Below, one piece after another: positions 21,309 through 31,596 of a stretch of DNA of 31,596 bases (its first letter is position 1; every line of letters begins with the position of its first letter). The stretch lies in NCBI GenBank assembly GCA_030141605.1, contig JAQGDQ010001634.1:1-31596 (forward strand). Reading direction: 5' to 3'. The translations under genes and the position numbers were made by a program. The notes beneath the pieces are model-generated. The model ran no database searches and was not told the DNA's origin. It saw nothing but the letters and a program-made list of their open reading frames with translations. Source of the stretch: Tubiluchus corallicola. Its lineage: Eukaryota; Animalia; Priapulida.

Positions 21309-21457
21309 GTGCAACGTTGACTATAATTCTGGATCTTGATCAGAGAATCTCAGTGGTACTGTCAACATGTATAGCCGTTATCTACACTCTGCTGGGAGGA
21401 CTGTTGTCAGTTGCGTACACTGATGTTGTACAGCTTTTTTGCATATTCTTTGGATTG
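21309..21457 (+). CDS. SLC5A7: CHT1-like coding exon 4
   Basis: TTCAG/ acceptor; [50 protein letters not shown]; donor /GTAAAG; 149 nt. Confidence 0.95.
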
Positions 21458-21760
21458 GTAAAGCTACACATTTCTTATGTTAGCGAAATTAAGCAAAATA
21501 TATTATCAAGACAAATCGGCATAAACTAACATTGTTCAGTTCTACTGATAAACAGGGTTCCCACAGAATTTTAAAATAAATTTCCTTGACTTTTCCATGA
21601 CCAAAATATCGATTTTCCATGATTACGATAAGAAGAAATTCAATATCAGCATACATATTCTCGCATTTCATACACGTACTGATGTAATATAATGTGTCGA
21701 CCAATCCCTGTAAATATTTTTTCTGCTGTGAACACATTACAACTATGTTGATATTTTCAG

Positions 21761-21910
21761 TGGCTTTCTGTTCCTTTTGCAATAATGCATCCAGCTGTGA
21801 ACAGTCTTACCTACAGTAAAAAGGAGTGGTATGGATCTCTGAACTTACACTGGGCTGGCGTTTGGGTTGACGGTGCTCTGCTTTTAATCTGTGGTGGTGT
21901 TCCCTGGCAG
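21761..21910 (+). CDS. SLC5A7: CHT1-like coding exon 5 (absent from ORF track)
   Basis: TTTTCAG/ acceptor; WLSVPFAIMHPAVNSLTYSKKEWYGSLNLHWAGVWVDGALLLICGGVPWQ; donor /GTAACC; 150 nt. Confidence 0.93.
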
Positions 21911-22170
21911 GTAACCAACCGCTACGTATTAGAATGTAACAAAGTTCTGAAGCAATGTATTTGAATTTGAGCAATACCCCTACTCAGATCTATTGTTTAG
22001 TGCAGACTTAAATACCAAAATACAGCACAACAAACAGACATCTCCAGGAAATATTCTCACTATGCAGTGAAAGAGGCAATCGACACGAGCCCTGCTTAGT
22101 TTAACGTATTGGTTTTGATTACTCGTATCCCTTTTCACGTTTTGTAATGGTATTGCCTAGTATTTTTCAG

Positions 22171-22300
22171 GTATACTTTCAAAGAGTATTAGCAGCCAAG
22201 ACTCCAGATATGGCCAAAGCATTATCCATAGTTGCAGGGGTGGGTTGTGCGATTATGAGCGTACCACCTATTATAATCGGCATTATAGGAGCAGAAACTG
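22171..22300 (+). CDS. SLC5A7: CHT1-like coding exon 6 (absent from ORF track)
   Basis: TTTTTCAG/ acceptor; VYFQRVLAAKTPDMAKALSIVAGVGCAIMSVPPIIIGIIGAET; donor G/GTAAAA; 130 nt. Confidence 0.93.
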
Positions 22301-22472
22301 GTAAAACAATTATATATATTTGAAGATTACAAGATAACTTATAACTTGGAAATCAGTAAAAATGCTATTATAACTGACTTTCGTGAGACAGTTTATTGTA
22401 ATTATGGATGACTTATCGAACAACGTTAATTTTCATGCAAATTACAATTTCTCACTTTTCTTTTCTTAACAG

Positions 22473-22702
22473 ACTGGACAGAAACAAATTACAGGGGAGC
22501 CATTCCTATACCAGATGAAGATAAAGGGTTGATACTGCCCATAGTTCTACAGTATCTCACTCCAGTATCAGTCGCATTCTTTGGTCTGGGCGGTGTATCA
22601 GCTGCAGTTATGTCATCCTCGGATTCGTCATGCTTAAGCGGAGCATCCATGTTTTCAAACAACATTTTTGATGTATTTTACAGAATTATCAAGAAAAAGG
22701 AG
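22473..22702 (+). CDS. SLC5A7: CHT1-like coding exon 7 (absent from ORF track)
   Basis: Polypyrimidine-AACAG/ acceptor; DWTETNY...[47 protein letters not shown]...KKKE; donor /GTATAA; 230 nt. Confidence 0.93.
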
Positions 22703-22891
22703 GTATAATTATGTCAATACATGAATACATGATGCTTCATTAAAACTTTATAGAATTATAATGTGCAAATTATTCTTAGTATATGTTCTTCTCAAAAATA
22801 GAAACAATCTAGATGTCGACTTGCTTCACTATCATCATGGTTAAATATTAAAATGGTTAAAAATAAATCAATCTCCTTTGTCTTCTTTCAG

Positions 22892-23476
22892 CCCAGCGAA
22901 AAACTAAAGTTGTGGATTATTCGTGGTGGGATTGTAGTTGTGGGCATACTGGCCATGTCTCTAAGTCTCACCATTTCGTCGATCTATGGACTGTTTTTTC
23001 TCTGCTCAGATCTTATCTACGTCATTTTATTTCCTCAGCTGGTTTCCGGTGTGTTCCTGAAATTCACAAACACATACGGATCAGTAGCCGGTTACGTTGT
23101 GGGTTTTATTCTTCGTGTTGGAGGAGGAGAGCCATTGCTTGGGCTCCCACCCTTCATCAGGTACCCCTTTTTTGATGAAACAGACGGCCAGTTATTCCCT
23201 TTCAGAACATTTTCCATGTTAATCAACTTGTTTTTGCTATGTACCGTTTCTCTGCTAACATCTAAGTTTTTTGAGAGAAACACAGAGCTAAGCCGCTGGG
23301 ACATATTCAACATACAAACACATAAGGGAAACCAGCATGAGGGGAATGATTTACAACATTTACCAGTAAAAGAGAACATGGAAGGTGGGAAACAGAAGTC
23401 GCCAATAGTGCTACTGAGTGTGCAAAAGCCATTATACAGTGGCATGACAAACACTTCATTTCAGAACACCGGATAG
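22892..23476 (+). CDS. SLC5A7: CHT1-like terminal coding exon 8
   Basis: TTTCAG/ acceptor; PSEKLKLWIIR...SIYGLFFLCSDLIYVILFPQL...TNTYGS...LRVGGGEPLLGLPPFIRYP...QLFPFRTFSM; TAG stop. The 8 exons sum to 1683 nt, giving 560 aa in one frame. Confidence 0.95.
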   Translation, partial: PSEKLKLWIIRGGIVVVGILAMSLSLTISSIYGLFFLCSDLIYVILFPQLVSGVFLKFTNTYGSVAGYVVGFILRVGGGEPLLGLPPFIRYPFFDETDGQLFPFRTFSMLINLFLLCTVSLLTSKFFERNTELSRWDIFNIQTHKGNQHEGNDLQHLPVKENMEGGKQKSPIVLLSVQKPLYSGMTNTSFQNTG

Positions 23477-23627
23477 TTAGTAAAGTAGTAAACGTATTGT
23501 CAATGTATTGAAAAATTGCCATTTTTTGGAAATCATACAATATTCACAAGACGATGATAATGACGATATTTATGCTTTATTTGTATTTTATATAATTATC
23601 ATTTTTCTGGCCGTCATTCAGTGAGCA

Positions 23628-23633
23628 AATAAA
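23628..23633 (+). promoter_or_regulatory. Candidate polyadenylation signal of the CHT1-like gene
   Basis: First AATAAA after the stop (~150 nt), with T-rich sequence downstream. Confidence 0.45.
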
Positions 23634-24299
23634 ATACCAAGTTATTAGCCAATTGTGCGGTTTTTTATTTCTTCACATGAGAAAATCAAGTTCCCGACAA
23701 TTTTGAGCTGTTTACAATATTCTTGTGTTGCTAACTGCTTTTGCAGTAGGGATGTGACTGAATTACTATCAATTACTATACGATCAAAAGCCATGCAGCA
23801 AGATACTGTGTGATAGGAATACTATAAATAACGTAAGATCTGTGTGAGATTTGAAGCTACGTGTCATAAACTGTTGAAGTCTTGTAGCACAAACCTGAAT
23901 GGACGAAAAGTCAGTTGCTTTTATGAATGTATACAGCTTTCGATACATATATACACATATATGCATATACATATGCACATGTGCACATACATATGTCCAG
24001 CGAAAAAACCAAGACATTTTCTGATTTTAAGTCTTTCCTGTCCATTTTTTCTAGAATTTATACTCCTCAGATTAAGAAAACGCGAATCGCTCCTCGATCA
24101 TAGTGGGCAGTGAATAGATTTCATGGGATGCACTCTGCTTCCAGCAGTTAGCATTTTCTGCAACTTAACTAATCAGTTTTACTGGAACACCATGGTAAGT
24201 GTTTTATGACACTTCATAAACAAGTCACAAGAGAACCTACCCGTACATTATTGATTACAACAAGCTTTTCATTTTTTCTATGTGAAAAATGTTTTTCTA

Positions 24300-25175
24300 G
24301 GGCTTTGCTGTTATTATATATTTTTTCTTTAATGTTATTATATTTAGAAAATCAATTGACTTGATTTCTCATTCTTACCAAGTAAAGTCTACTTGAATAC
24401 TTGGTCCCCTTATACTTGTCATTGTTACTACAGACATTGTTTACGCTTTGTTTTTCTGTCCACATGACTATCTTGAATCTTAGCGATTTTATCACAGCGC
24501 TTAGTATAAGCAAACTTTTGCAGTCGATGAGCAAAATTTGAAGCTGATACTCATTCACATGTGAAACTCTTCAACTATTGTTAGGCTATGACCAGTTGAT
24601 TCAGAATATAGAGTTGATCCAATTCCACTATCACGTAGCAAAGAACCAACATTTAAACTACATGAGGTTACCAACATGGAAGGAACATTTATATTATCCA
24701 CAAGCAAATTCTCAGTTGCAGTAACATTCTCTGTATCAACTTGCAGACACAAATTATACTTGTTAGTGATAGCCTTACCAGTTGAACAATGGCCTCTAGT
24801 TTTCATTTCTTTCAACTTTTCTCAACAACAGATGTAATTATCAAAAGCAAAATTTTGAAAAATGTATTTTTTTCGACTAGACAAGCGACAATGGGGATTA
24901 ATCAAATTTTGCTTTACATTGTTATTAGGTCTCACCTGGTAAATGTTTAACAAACAGTGTCTCTTCTTACAGGTTTTTCATCACGCTTTGATGCAGCAGT
25001 TTTTGTTTGTAGAACAACACCATCTACGTGATTCGACAAACATGAGTTCACAGTTTTATTTTCAGACAAATTCGCAGTAGCAGTACATGGCTGCTATATA
25101 CAGCAATTCCAGAATTTGTTCGTATTACAATATTTTCTATTTCGTAACAGTCAAATATAAAGATAAATATCAACA
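24300..25175 (-). pseudogene. Heavily decayed MULE/Mutator-like transposase with FLYWCH-like N-terminus
   Basis: Pieces across frameshifts and stops, in the expected order: FIFDCYE / RKYCNTNKFWNCCI*QPCTATANLSENKTVNSCLSNH (FLYWCH-like), TCKKR..VRPNNNVKQNL, NLLVDNINVPSMLVTSCSLNVGSL...LYSEST, SISFKFCSSTAKVCLY. Recognition is by recalled pattern only. Confidence 0.45.
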
Positions 25176-25829
25176 AAATATAGTGATAACAGTTAATAAA
25201 TTGATGTGAATACCAAGCAAATTCCATGGTGATCTGTAGCTTTTAAGTTACCTTAGCAACACTAGTAGTTTGCTGTTCCATAACCTCATGCGCTGTCCTA
25301 TTCACGGATGCTGCTGAATTCATCAATGCAGCAAACACCTCCGTCAGCCAGAACAAGAGCACCTGTCTTAAGCTGCCATTAACCTCTATGCTGTATTATA
25401 ATCAGATTAAAAGCAGTAATTACAAAACCGGGGAGTTGTAAGTGCTGCTACAAGAGCAACAGTCAAGCACACTTAAATGTAAGCAAACAGTGCGGTAAGA
25501 AAAAGTGTGAAACTGGTTTTATAATCCTAATTGGCCCACTGAACGCAGTAACTGATTAATTATTTTCCTGTTTTGTTCTCAAACTGAAACTACGCTACTG
25601 GTTGCAGTTCAACAGTGACTATTCTAGGTATGTACAATTCAATTTGACTTTAATATTCCACTAATGACAAATGACACCAAGTTTTCAATTACGCATTTTG
25701 GGCAGAAAGCTGCACAAGATTTCAATGCATCAATGCAATTCAACAAGTTAGATGTTGAAAAGACATCAGCAAATGCGTAAGCAATAATGAGTAATAAAGT
25801 GTGTATGTATGTATGTAGGTGCATGTAGG

Positions 25830-26405
25830 TGCTGGGTCCACACTTCTTCAGTACCCTTTTGTTCAATCCGTTAGCTGTTAGGCTAATTACTGGAAGCGTG
25901 ACATCTTTCTTAATGTGTGCATATTCAAAACACATTATGTATATATATAATGTGTGTTGAATATGCACACATTAAGAAAGGTATATATATATATCACTAG
26001 TATCTCTTATAGGTGATCCTGATTAAATGTGTGCTATTAGGGTGAGAATTCATACCAGCTCTGCAAGGTTGGGCCAATAGCTCAAATGGTAGAGCAACCT
26101 GCTGTGTAAGATCCTCCTGGTTGATCCACACTTTTTCAATGCTCCCTTCTTCAGTTATTTAGCCACTAGGCTAACTGATGGTAGGCACTAATGAGTTTCT
26201 TAATGTGTGTATCAAAAGAGAGTGAACTATCACTGTATTAGATAAGTGTAAGTGACTGATTGTATACTACTAGGGTAAGAATTGAGACCAGCTCTACTAC
26301 TTGGTGGCTCAGTAGCTCAACTGAATTGCGGAGGATTCTGGGTTCAAGTCCTGGTTCAGCCACAATTTTTCAGTGCCTATTCCTTCAGTTAAATAGCCAT
26401 CGGGT
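25830..26405 (+). repeat. Degenerate tandem array (~2.5 units, ~235-290 bp) of tRNA-derived repeats / tRNA pseudogenes
   Basis: TAGGGT(G/A)AGAATT..ACCAGCTCT at ~26038 and ~26271; A box TAGCTCAAATGGTAGAGC (26078), B box GGTTCAAGTCC (26341), acceptor-like GTGGCT...AGCCAC followed by a T run; the downstream flank CCACA..TT.TTCA...TTAGC recurs three times. Confidence 0.7.
25905..25980. repeat. Near-perfect 76-bp palindrome
   Basis: CTTTCTTAATGTGTGCATATTCAAaACACATTATgTAT / ATATATAATGTGTGTTGAATATGCACACATTAAGAAAG; 2 mismatched pairs. Confidence 0.92.
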
Positions 26406-28903
26406 TTATTGTTTTAAGTCTGGGTGCCCTTTAATGTATGCCTTCAGTAATGCTTTATCAAAAGTAAACAATCATTATTAAAGTAAAATCATATGCAAAA
26501 CCTTTGCTCGGCTAGTTGTTTGCTGTGACATGCATTTTGCCGTTTGCTAGTTAGCTGGGCACTAGCGCCTGCATCTCGAAAATACAGTCAATATATCTCA
26601 CAGATGAGATGTGTTCAGTTGTGATATAATTCACACGTTTGAGATCATATGCTGCACGAACACAGCAATAAATTTGAAAGTTAAATTTGAAAACTTAAAA
26701 TTTGTGTATTACAATGAATGTCATACAGTAGCACTGCGCTTTAATTTTCACTTTCACAAACACGTTCTACGTGCTCGCGTATGTTTGTGCTGTTGAAAAT
26801 TATGTTCAGTTATGACGTCTTCACTAACTGAGCTCGCCTGCCGTTAATTACGTTTTTAATCTATTATTTAATTTCCAGAAATGCTTTAGTGTTATTATAG
26901 GCGTTGAAATGTATACTTTTTATAGTACTTCAAAGTGGGGTAGGACGCGAATCATCTGGTTTTCCTTTAAGTGTGATTTCTTTCATATGAATGCACAGAT
27001 ATATAGGTTTTTTTAGACTAATCAATAATTGTTACAAAAAATTTAAATGTAAAAACATGTATTTTGTAAAGAAAACACAATTGGTTTGAAATTGGTAACC
27101 CAGAATTTGTCCCAGACCAGAGTGAAAGCAACAACAGTGGGCAGCATAATTTGATAATTATTAAAGGTCACAATGTGTTTTCAGAAGTTCACAATAGTCT
27201 AGCTGTCACATTTTATTGAAAACTGAAACACAATGTAAAATAAATGCGCGTACTTAAAGTTTGTCAATGAACTCACGCGTGAACTAACCGAATGTTAATT
27301 CAGTAATACTATAAATTGTTATAAAGGACAAACTGTAATATCATAAAGTAAATTCATACAAACTCCACCATTGCAGCTTGGGGAGCCTGCTTGCAATTAA
27401 CCTGTACAGGTTTTACACTTTAAAAAGTCCAAAAAATCTGATGCATATCAAGTTTTTAAAAATTAGCTACATGTTAGCTTGCTGGCTAGCTTGGCTAGCA
27501 AAGTAGTAATATAAACACTCGAGATCGCATCTTACTAATGCAAAAGTTTACAATGTGTCACAAAATTTAAAGTTAAATAATAATACTGTAAATCACAAAA
27601 CTCAAGAAATGCCAACAACTTTCGTTACGACTCAAACCAAAAACGCATTTCACATTCATGTAGCACAACTGACTATGAATGGAATACCTAAGCAACAGTT
27701 CTACTAGCACTTGCACAAGTGCAGATAAGAAGATTTTTAATAAATGTTGTGCTAGCAAGATACATGTAAATGACATAATATCCTGTTGGTCAGCACTGCC
27801 AAGTCCTTCTGCAAAAATATGTTACTTCTAGTCCTTGAACTAATTTTGTCATTTTAGCTGAATTAGAATTTTATAACCTTAAAACTTTAAAGCTTGGCTG
27901 AATTATTTTTATAGGCACCATCTGCTTATGGACAGGCACTACGTTTAATACCCTGCAGGAGAAATAATAGAATACTATTCTAAAATGATCGAGATTAAAC
28001 TCGATCAAATTGGTAATGGAAAAAACACGATGAGACAAGCAGCCCATGAGACAGCTTATGGAAACATGTTCAGACATCTTCTGTGGAGTCGTGTCTTCAT
28101 AATCAAGAAATTCCGGAAATTGATGCATGACTGTAGATCAAACACAGACCAGCTACCAGAAACACCTTCATACATGTATCTGTATGAAAGTGAAAACTTG
28201 AAAGAAAATAATTACACCGCAGGTTTGTGGGGTCCCAAACTAGTCATCTCTGCCGTAACACAAGGTGGTGATGGAAAGATAAACAACGTTCCAGTCGTAT
28301 TCCTGATAACTTCCAAGCCAACAGATTAACTTAAGTAAATTCACTTACATGGGAATTCAAGTGTTTTAAACGGGTGCAAGGATGTCATGTTTTTATATAA
28401 CGATCATAATTATTATTAATGGATCGATACCGTAAAGACTCGTGAGCAACGTGGATGCAATAATAATAAAGATTATCCAATAAATGAAAAAACATTAGTA
28501 GAAAATCTTTACGTGGATTCAAACCTTAACACCTTCAAACCTTTGTGTATCTGGAAACCAAATTCCTTAGCCTCCTTTATACACGTGCACTACTTGAAAT
28601 AGTAAATAAAAGCAAATATGGTGAAGTAATATTTAAGTCGATGAAATGTATATAAATCTGAACAAAGCAACAGGTCTAATAAAACCTACAGTGTTGCCAT
28701 TCCATCGCTTCATGTCCATCAGTTCAAAGTTTGACAGCATTGTATGTATCGACATAATTTCATTTTTGTCAAATATTCATGTGTAATTTGGATACAGTAC
28801 ATTGTTGAGGAAAGTGAGATTTTTTTCTCGCCAGATGCTACGCAATTTTAGTTGCATACTTTAGAAGCTGAGACTTTTCCATACGTTTACAAAATTAAAA
28901 CCT

Positions 28904-29585
28904 TTAAAGGACAAGAAAAGGGGTAACTGAAGTAGATTTCAGAAAAATCGTCTTTAAAAACTATATTACCTTATAGCAATTTTATGCGTATATCGTACTC
29001 CCGTAGAAAGGATTTTTTGTTTGTTTTCATTTTAAATCTTCCGTAATACTGTTCCGATGGCGCCATTATATGACGTCAACTTAAATCAGGGGAAGAAAAT
29101 GAAATGTCAAACTATGTCCCAAAAAACGTTTCATGCAAAGGTATATTACTTGATATTTCGCTTACATCAAAGACTTATGTAACTAGTAAAAAAAATTATT
29201 AATTATTTAAATGTTTTCATCAAATGGTAAAATGTCGTTGACTCACCTCCAGGGTGCACCACTTACTAACCAAAAAACGCATTTCTAATCTTACTGACAA
29301 GATACAGTAATTTAAAATTTTACTTAGTTAGTGACGTGTGTGCTACGAATGCTCTGACTATTTTTTCAAACTTCACGCAATGTTATCTAAATTTGTTTCA
29401 AATGACTTATTGTCAAAATGGCTGCGTCTAACGGTCATCGCGGGAGTTTAAGTTTAAAAGCTTTATGCAGCGTTACTGCCGACACAGGCCCTCTATGCAA
29501 AAAGCAGTTTGTAAGTGGTGTAAAATTTCAAGACGAATTTTTTTTTTTAAGTTTTATGTCAATGGGGGGTTTTCTTGTACTTTAA
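28904..29585 (+). mobile_element. Kolobok/T2-like non-autonomous DNA transposon (full length, ~680 bp)
   Basis: TTAA-AGGACAAGAAAA ... TTTTCTTGTACT-TTAA (TIR with 1 mismatch, TTAA TSD); homologous to 4743-5404 (inverted) and 3350-3909. Confidence 0.85.
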
Positions 29586-30037
29586 GCGATATTAATAACA
29601 ATGATAATAAAATAACAATATTGTAAAATTAAGAAAATCTTGTTGTAACAAAGTTAGCATTGTACTGAGTCACTGTAAAATTCAGTAGGAGTCATGCGGG
29701 GGACTACAGAATTAATACTTAAACATAAAATTGAGGTATTAGTCAAGCATTAATATAAAATTAACCTGGGTCTCCGTGATCCGACAAACAATGAGTGAGG
29801 TTCACTTCTAGTTGTTCTAGTGCTGCCATCTCTTCTCTACAATCCGAAACAAAACTGACAAGTTCATAAGTTTCACTGGTTGTTTCTCCAAAATCCTACA
29901 ATTTTAAATGTCGAATTTAATAAACCGAAAAGGTAAATGGGTAGAAAAATTAGCCCGCGAAGTGCACAATATCTGGAAGGTGTAACAAGTTAGCCACGAA
30001 GTAATAATATAATAGGACATATTTGCTGCTACACATA

Positions 30038-30295
30038 GTTGGATTTATGTATGTTTGTGTATAATTCTGTGGATAGATGGCACTGCATTGGAGGATTATA
30101 GAATTTACGTATGTTAGTACATAATTCCGTGGATAGATGGCACAGCTGTGGAGTAATGTAGGTAAAAATGACACAAAAATGGCACAGGAAAAAATGAAAA
30201 AGTGGGTAAAAATGGTATAAGAAAAAACGACGCGGTAGGAATAACACAGGAAAAAATGGCACAGGTAAAAAGGGCACAGGAAAAAAATGCCACAC
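30038..30295. repeat. 60-bp direct duplication followed by a degenerate 15-bp GGAAAAAATGGCACA tandem repeat
   Basis: ATAATTC(T/C)GTGGATAGATGGCAC at 30061 and 30121; GGAAAAAATGGCACA variants at 30161-30293. Confidence 0.75.
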
Positions 30296-31052
30296 CTTTA
30301 ATGGCGTTAATAACCCTTGCTTATTAATGTGCATAGCCTTACAAGGTGACTTGGTATGTGTGTATTTGTCAATCTATTTTTCAACAAACAATTAGACAAA
30401 CGAACAAACAAAGGAACTAGTCGATGTACCATTTGTTCGGCAAGTCTGCAAGCTGCCAGGCTTGCAATCATTAATTACACAGATAAAATGTGTCTCACTG
30501 GCAAGTTCTACATTTGTTCATGATCCTACACATAAAGATCTCCACCACTGCCTCACAATATTACTGCAAATCAAATGACAAAGTTTGTAATTTAAATATT
30601 AAAGACTTTCATGAATACTTTAAATAAGATTTTTTTACTGTTAGTTGCTTCATCCAACCAGCATTGCAAAACAAGAAGCTACTACCAGTATTTTATATAG
30701 TAGGATTATTTATTGAATTTAGCAACAAGTGTAAAGTTCCTTGCAGAAACATTCCTGTAAAAATTCACTAAATTTGAACAGGCAACTCAGAGAGTGACAA
30801 GCATGCCACTGGTACAGCAGCATGGATTATTCAAGTGCTGCTATAGCCAGTGGTACATAACTGAATCTAAAACAAAATAATCAGTAGAGAAACTACTCAA
30901 CTGCTTTCATTTGCATTCTTCTCACAGATTCAGTGAAGTTTACATTCAGTGTAATTATGATAAATAAATAAACTCGAAACTTGCATAGCTGTGAAATGAG
31001 TAGTCTTGGCAATCCATGTACATGAAACGAATAAAAAGATAATAACGTTATC

Positions 31053-31591
31053 CCATGCACACTTCATTGTTACAAGCTGTTGGCCGTGCACACGTCATTG
31101 TTACAAGCTGTTGTCCATGTACACTTCATTGTTACAAGCTGTTGTCCATGTACACTTCATTGTTGCAAGCTGTTGTCCATGTACACTTCATTGTTACAAG
31201 CTGTTGTCCATGTACACTTCATTGTTACAAGCTGTTGTTCATGTACACTTCATTGTTGCAAGCAATTGTTCATGTACACTTCATTGTTACAAGTTGTTGT
31301 CCATGTACACTTCATTGTTACAAGCGGTTGTTCATGTACACTTCATTGTTACAAGCTGTTGTTCATGTACACTTCATTGTTACAAGCTGTTGGTCGTGTA
31401 CACTTCATTGTTACAAGCTGTTGTTCATGTACACTTCATTGTTACAAGCTGTTGGCCGTGTACACTTCATTGTTACAAGCAATTGTTCATGTACACTTCA
31501 TTGTTATAAGCTGTTGTCCATGTACACTTCATTGTTACAAGCAATTGTTCATGTACACTTCATTGTTACAAGCTGTTGTCCATGTACACTT
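31053..31591. repeat. 31-bp minisatellite, ~17 copies
   Basis: Unit CATGTACACTTCATTGTTACAAGCTGTTGTC with TTGGCCG and GCAATTG variants. Confidence 0.97.
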
Positions 31592-31596
31592 ACTGC

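Noticed and set aside
26071-26370. Functional tRNA genes
   Set aside because: Each unit lacks an arm and no anticodon can be assigned; treated as tRNA-derived repeats.
27985-28329. 114-aa plus-strand ORF
   Set aside because: No recognisable domain or splice context.
31006-31509. 167-aa Cys/His-rich ORF
   Set aside because: Translation of the 31-bp minisatellite (31-aa period = 3 units).

Overview
AT-rich, repeat-dense animal (probably invertebrate) genomic DNA; the species cannot be named from the sequence. There is one clear host gene: an intact 8-exon SLC5A7/CHT1-like sodium-coupled choline transporter on + (16044-23476, 560 aa after manual splicing, all introns GT-AG). The rest is mostly mobile or repetitive DNA. 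It includes a young but 3'-truncated BEL/Pao LTR retrotransposon on - (5' LTR, gag, protease, RT, RNase H; no integrase or 3' LTR) and a 5'-truncated RTE-type LINE whose last ~52 bp plus microsatellite tail is repeated 8 times. There are three copies of a TTAA-flanked Kolobok/T2-like non-autonomous element, a piggyBac-like MITE, a hAT-like element with an 8-bp TSD, decayed LINE and MULE fragments, tRNA-derived repeats, two minisatellites (16 bp and 31 bp) and several microsatellites. Most long ORFs at 94-3029 and 31006-31509 are repeat artefacts. I see no convincing wholly new biological system. The best leads are the repeated LINE 3' ends, the ATGA stop/start junction in the BEL gag (which an 8-bp duplication could explain), and substitutions at functionally important positions of the transporter. 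Family assignments come from manual translation and recalled motifs, not database searches.
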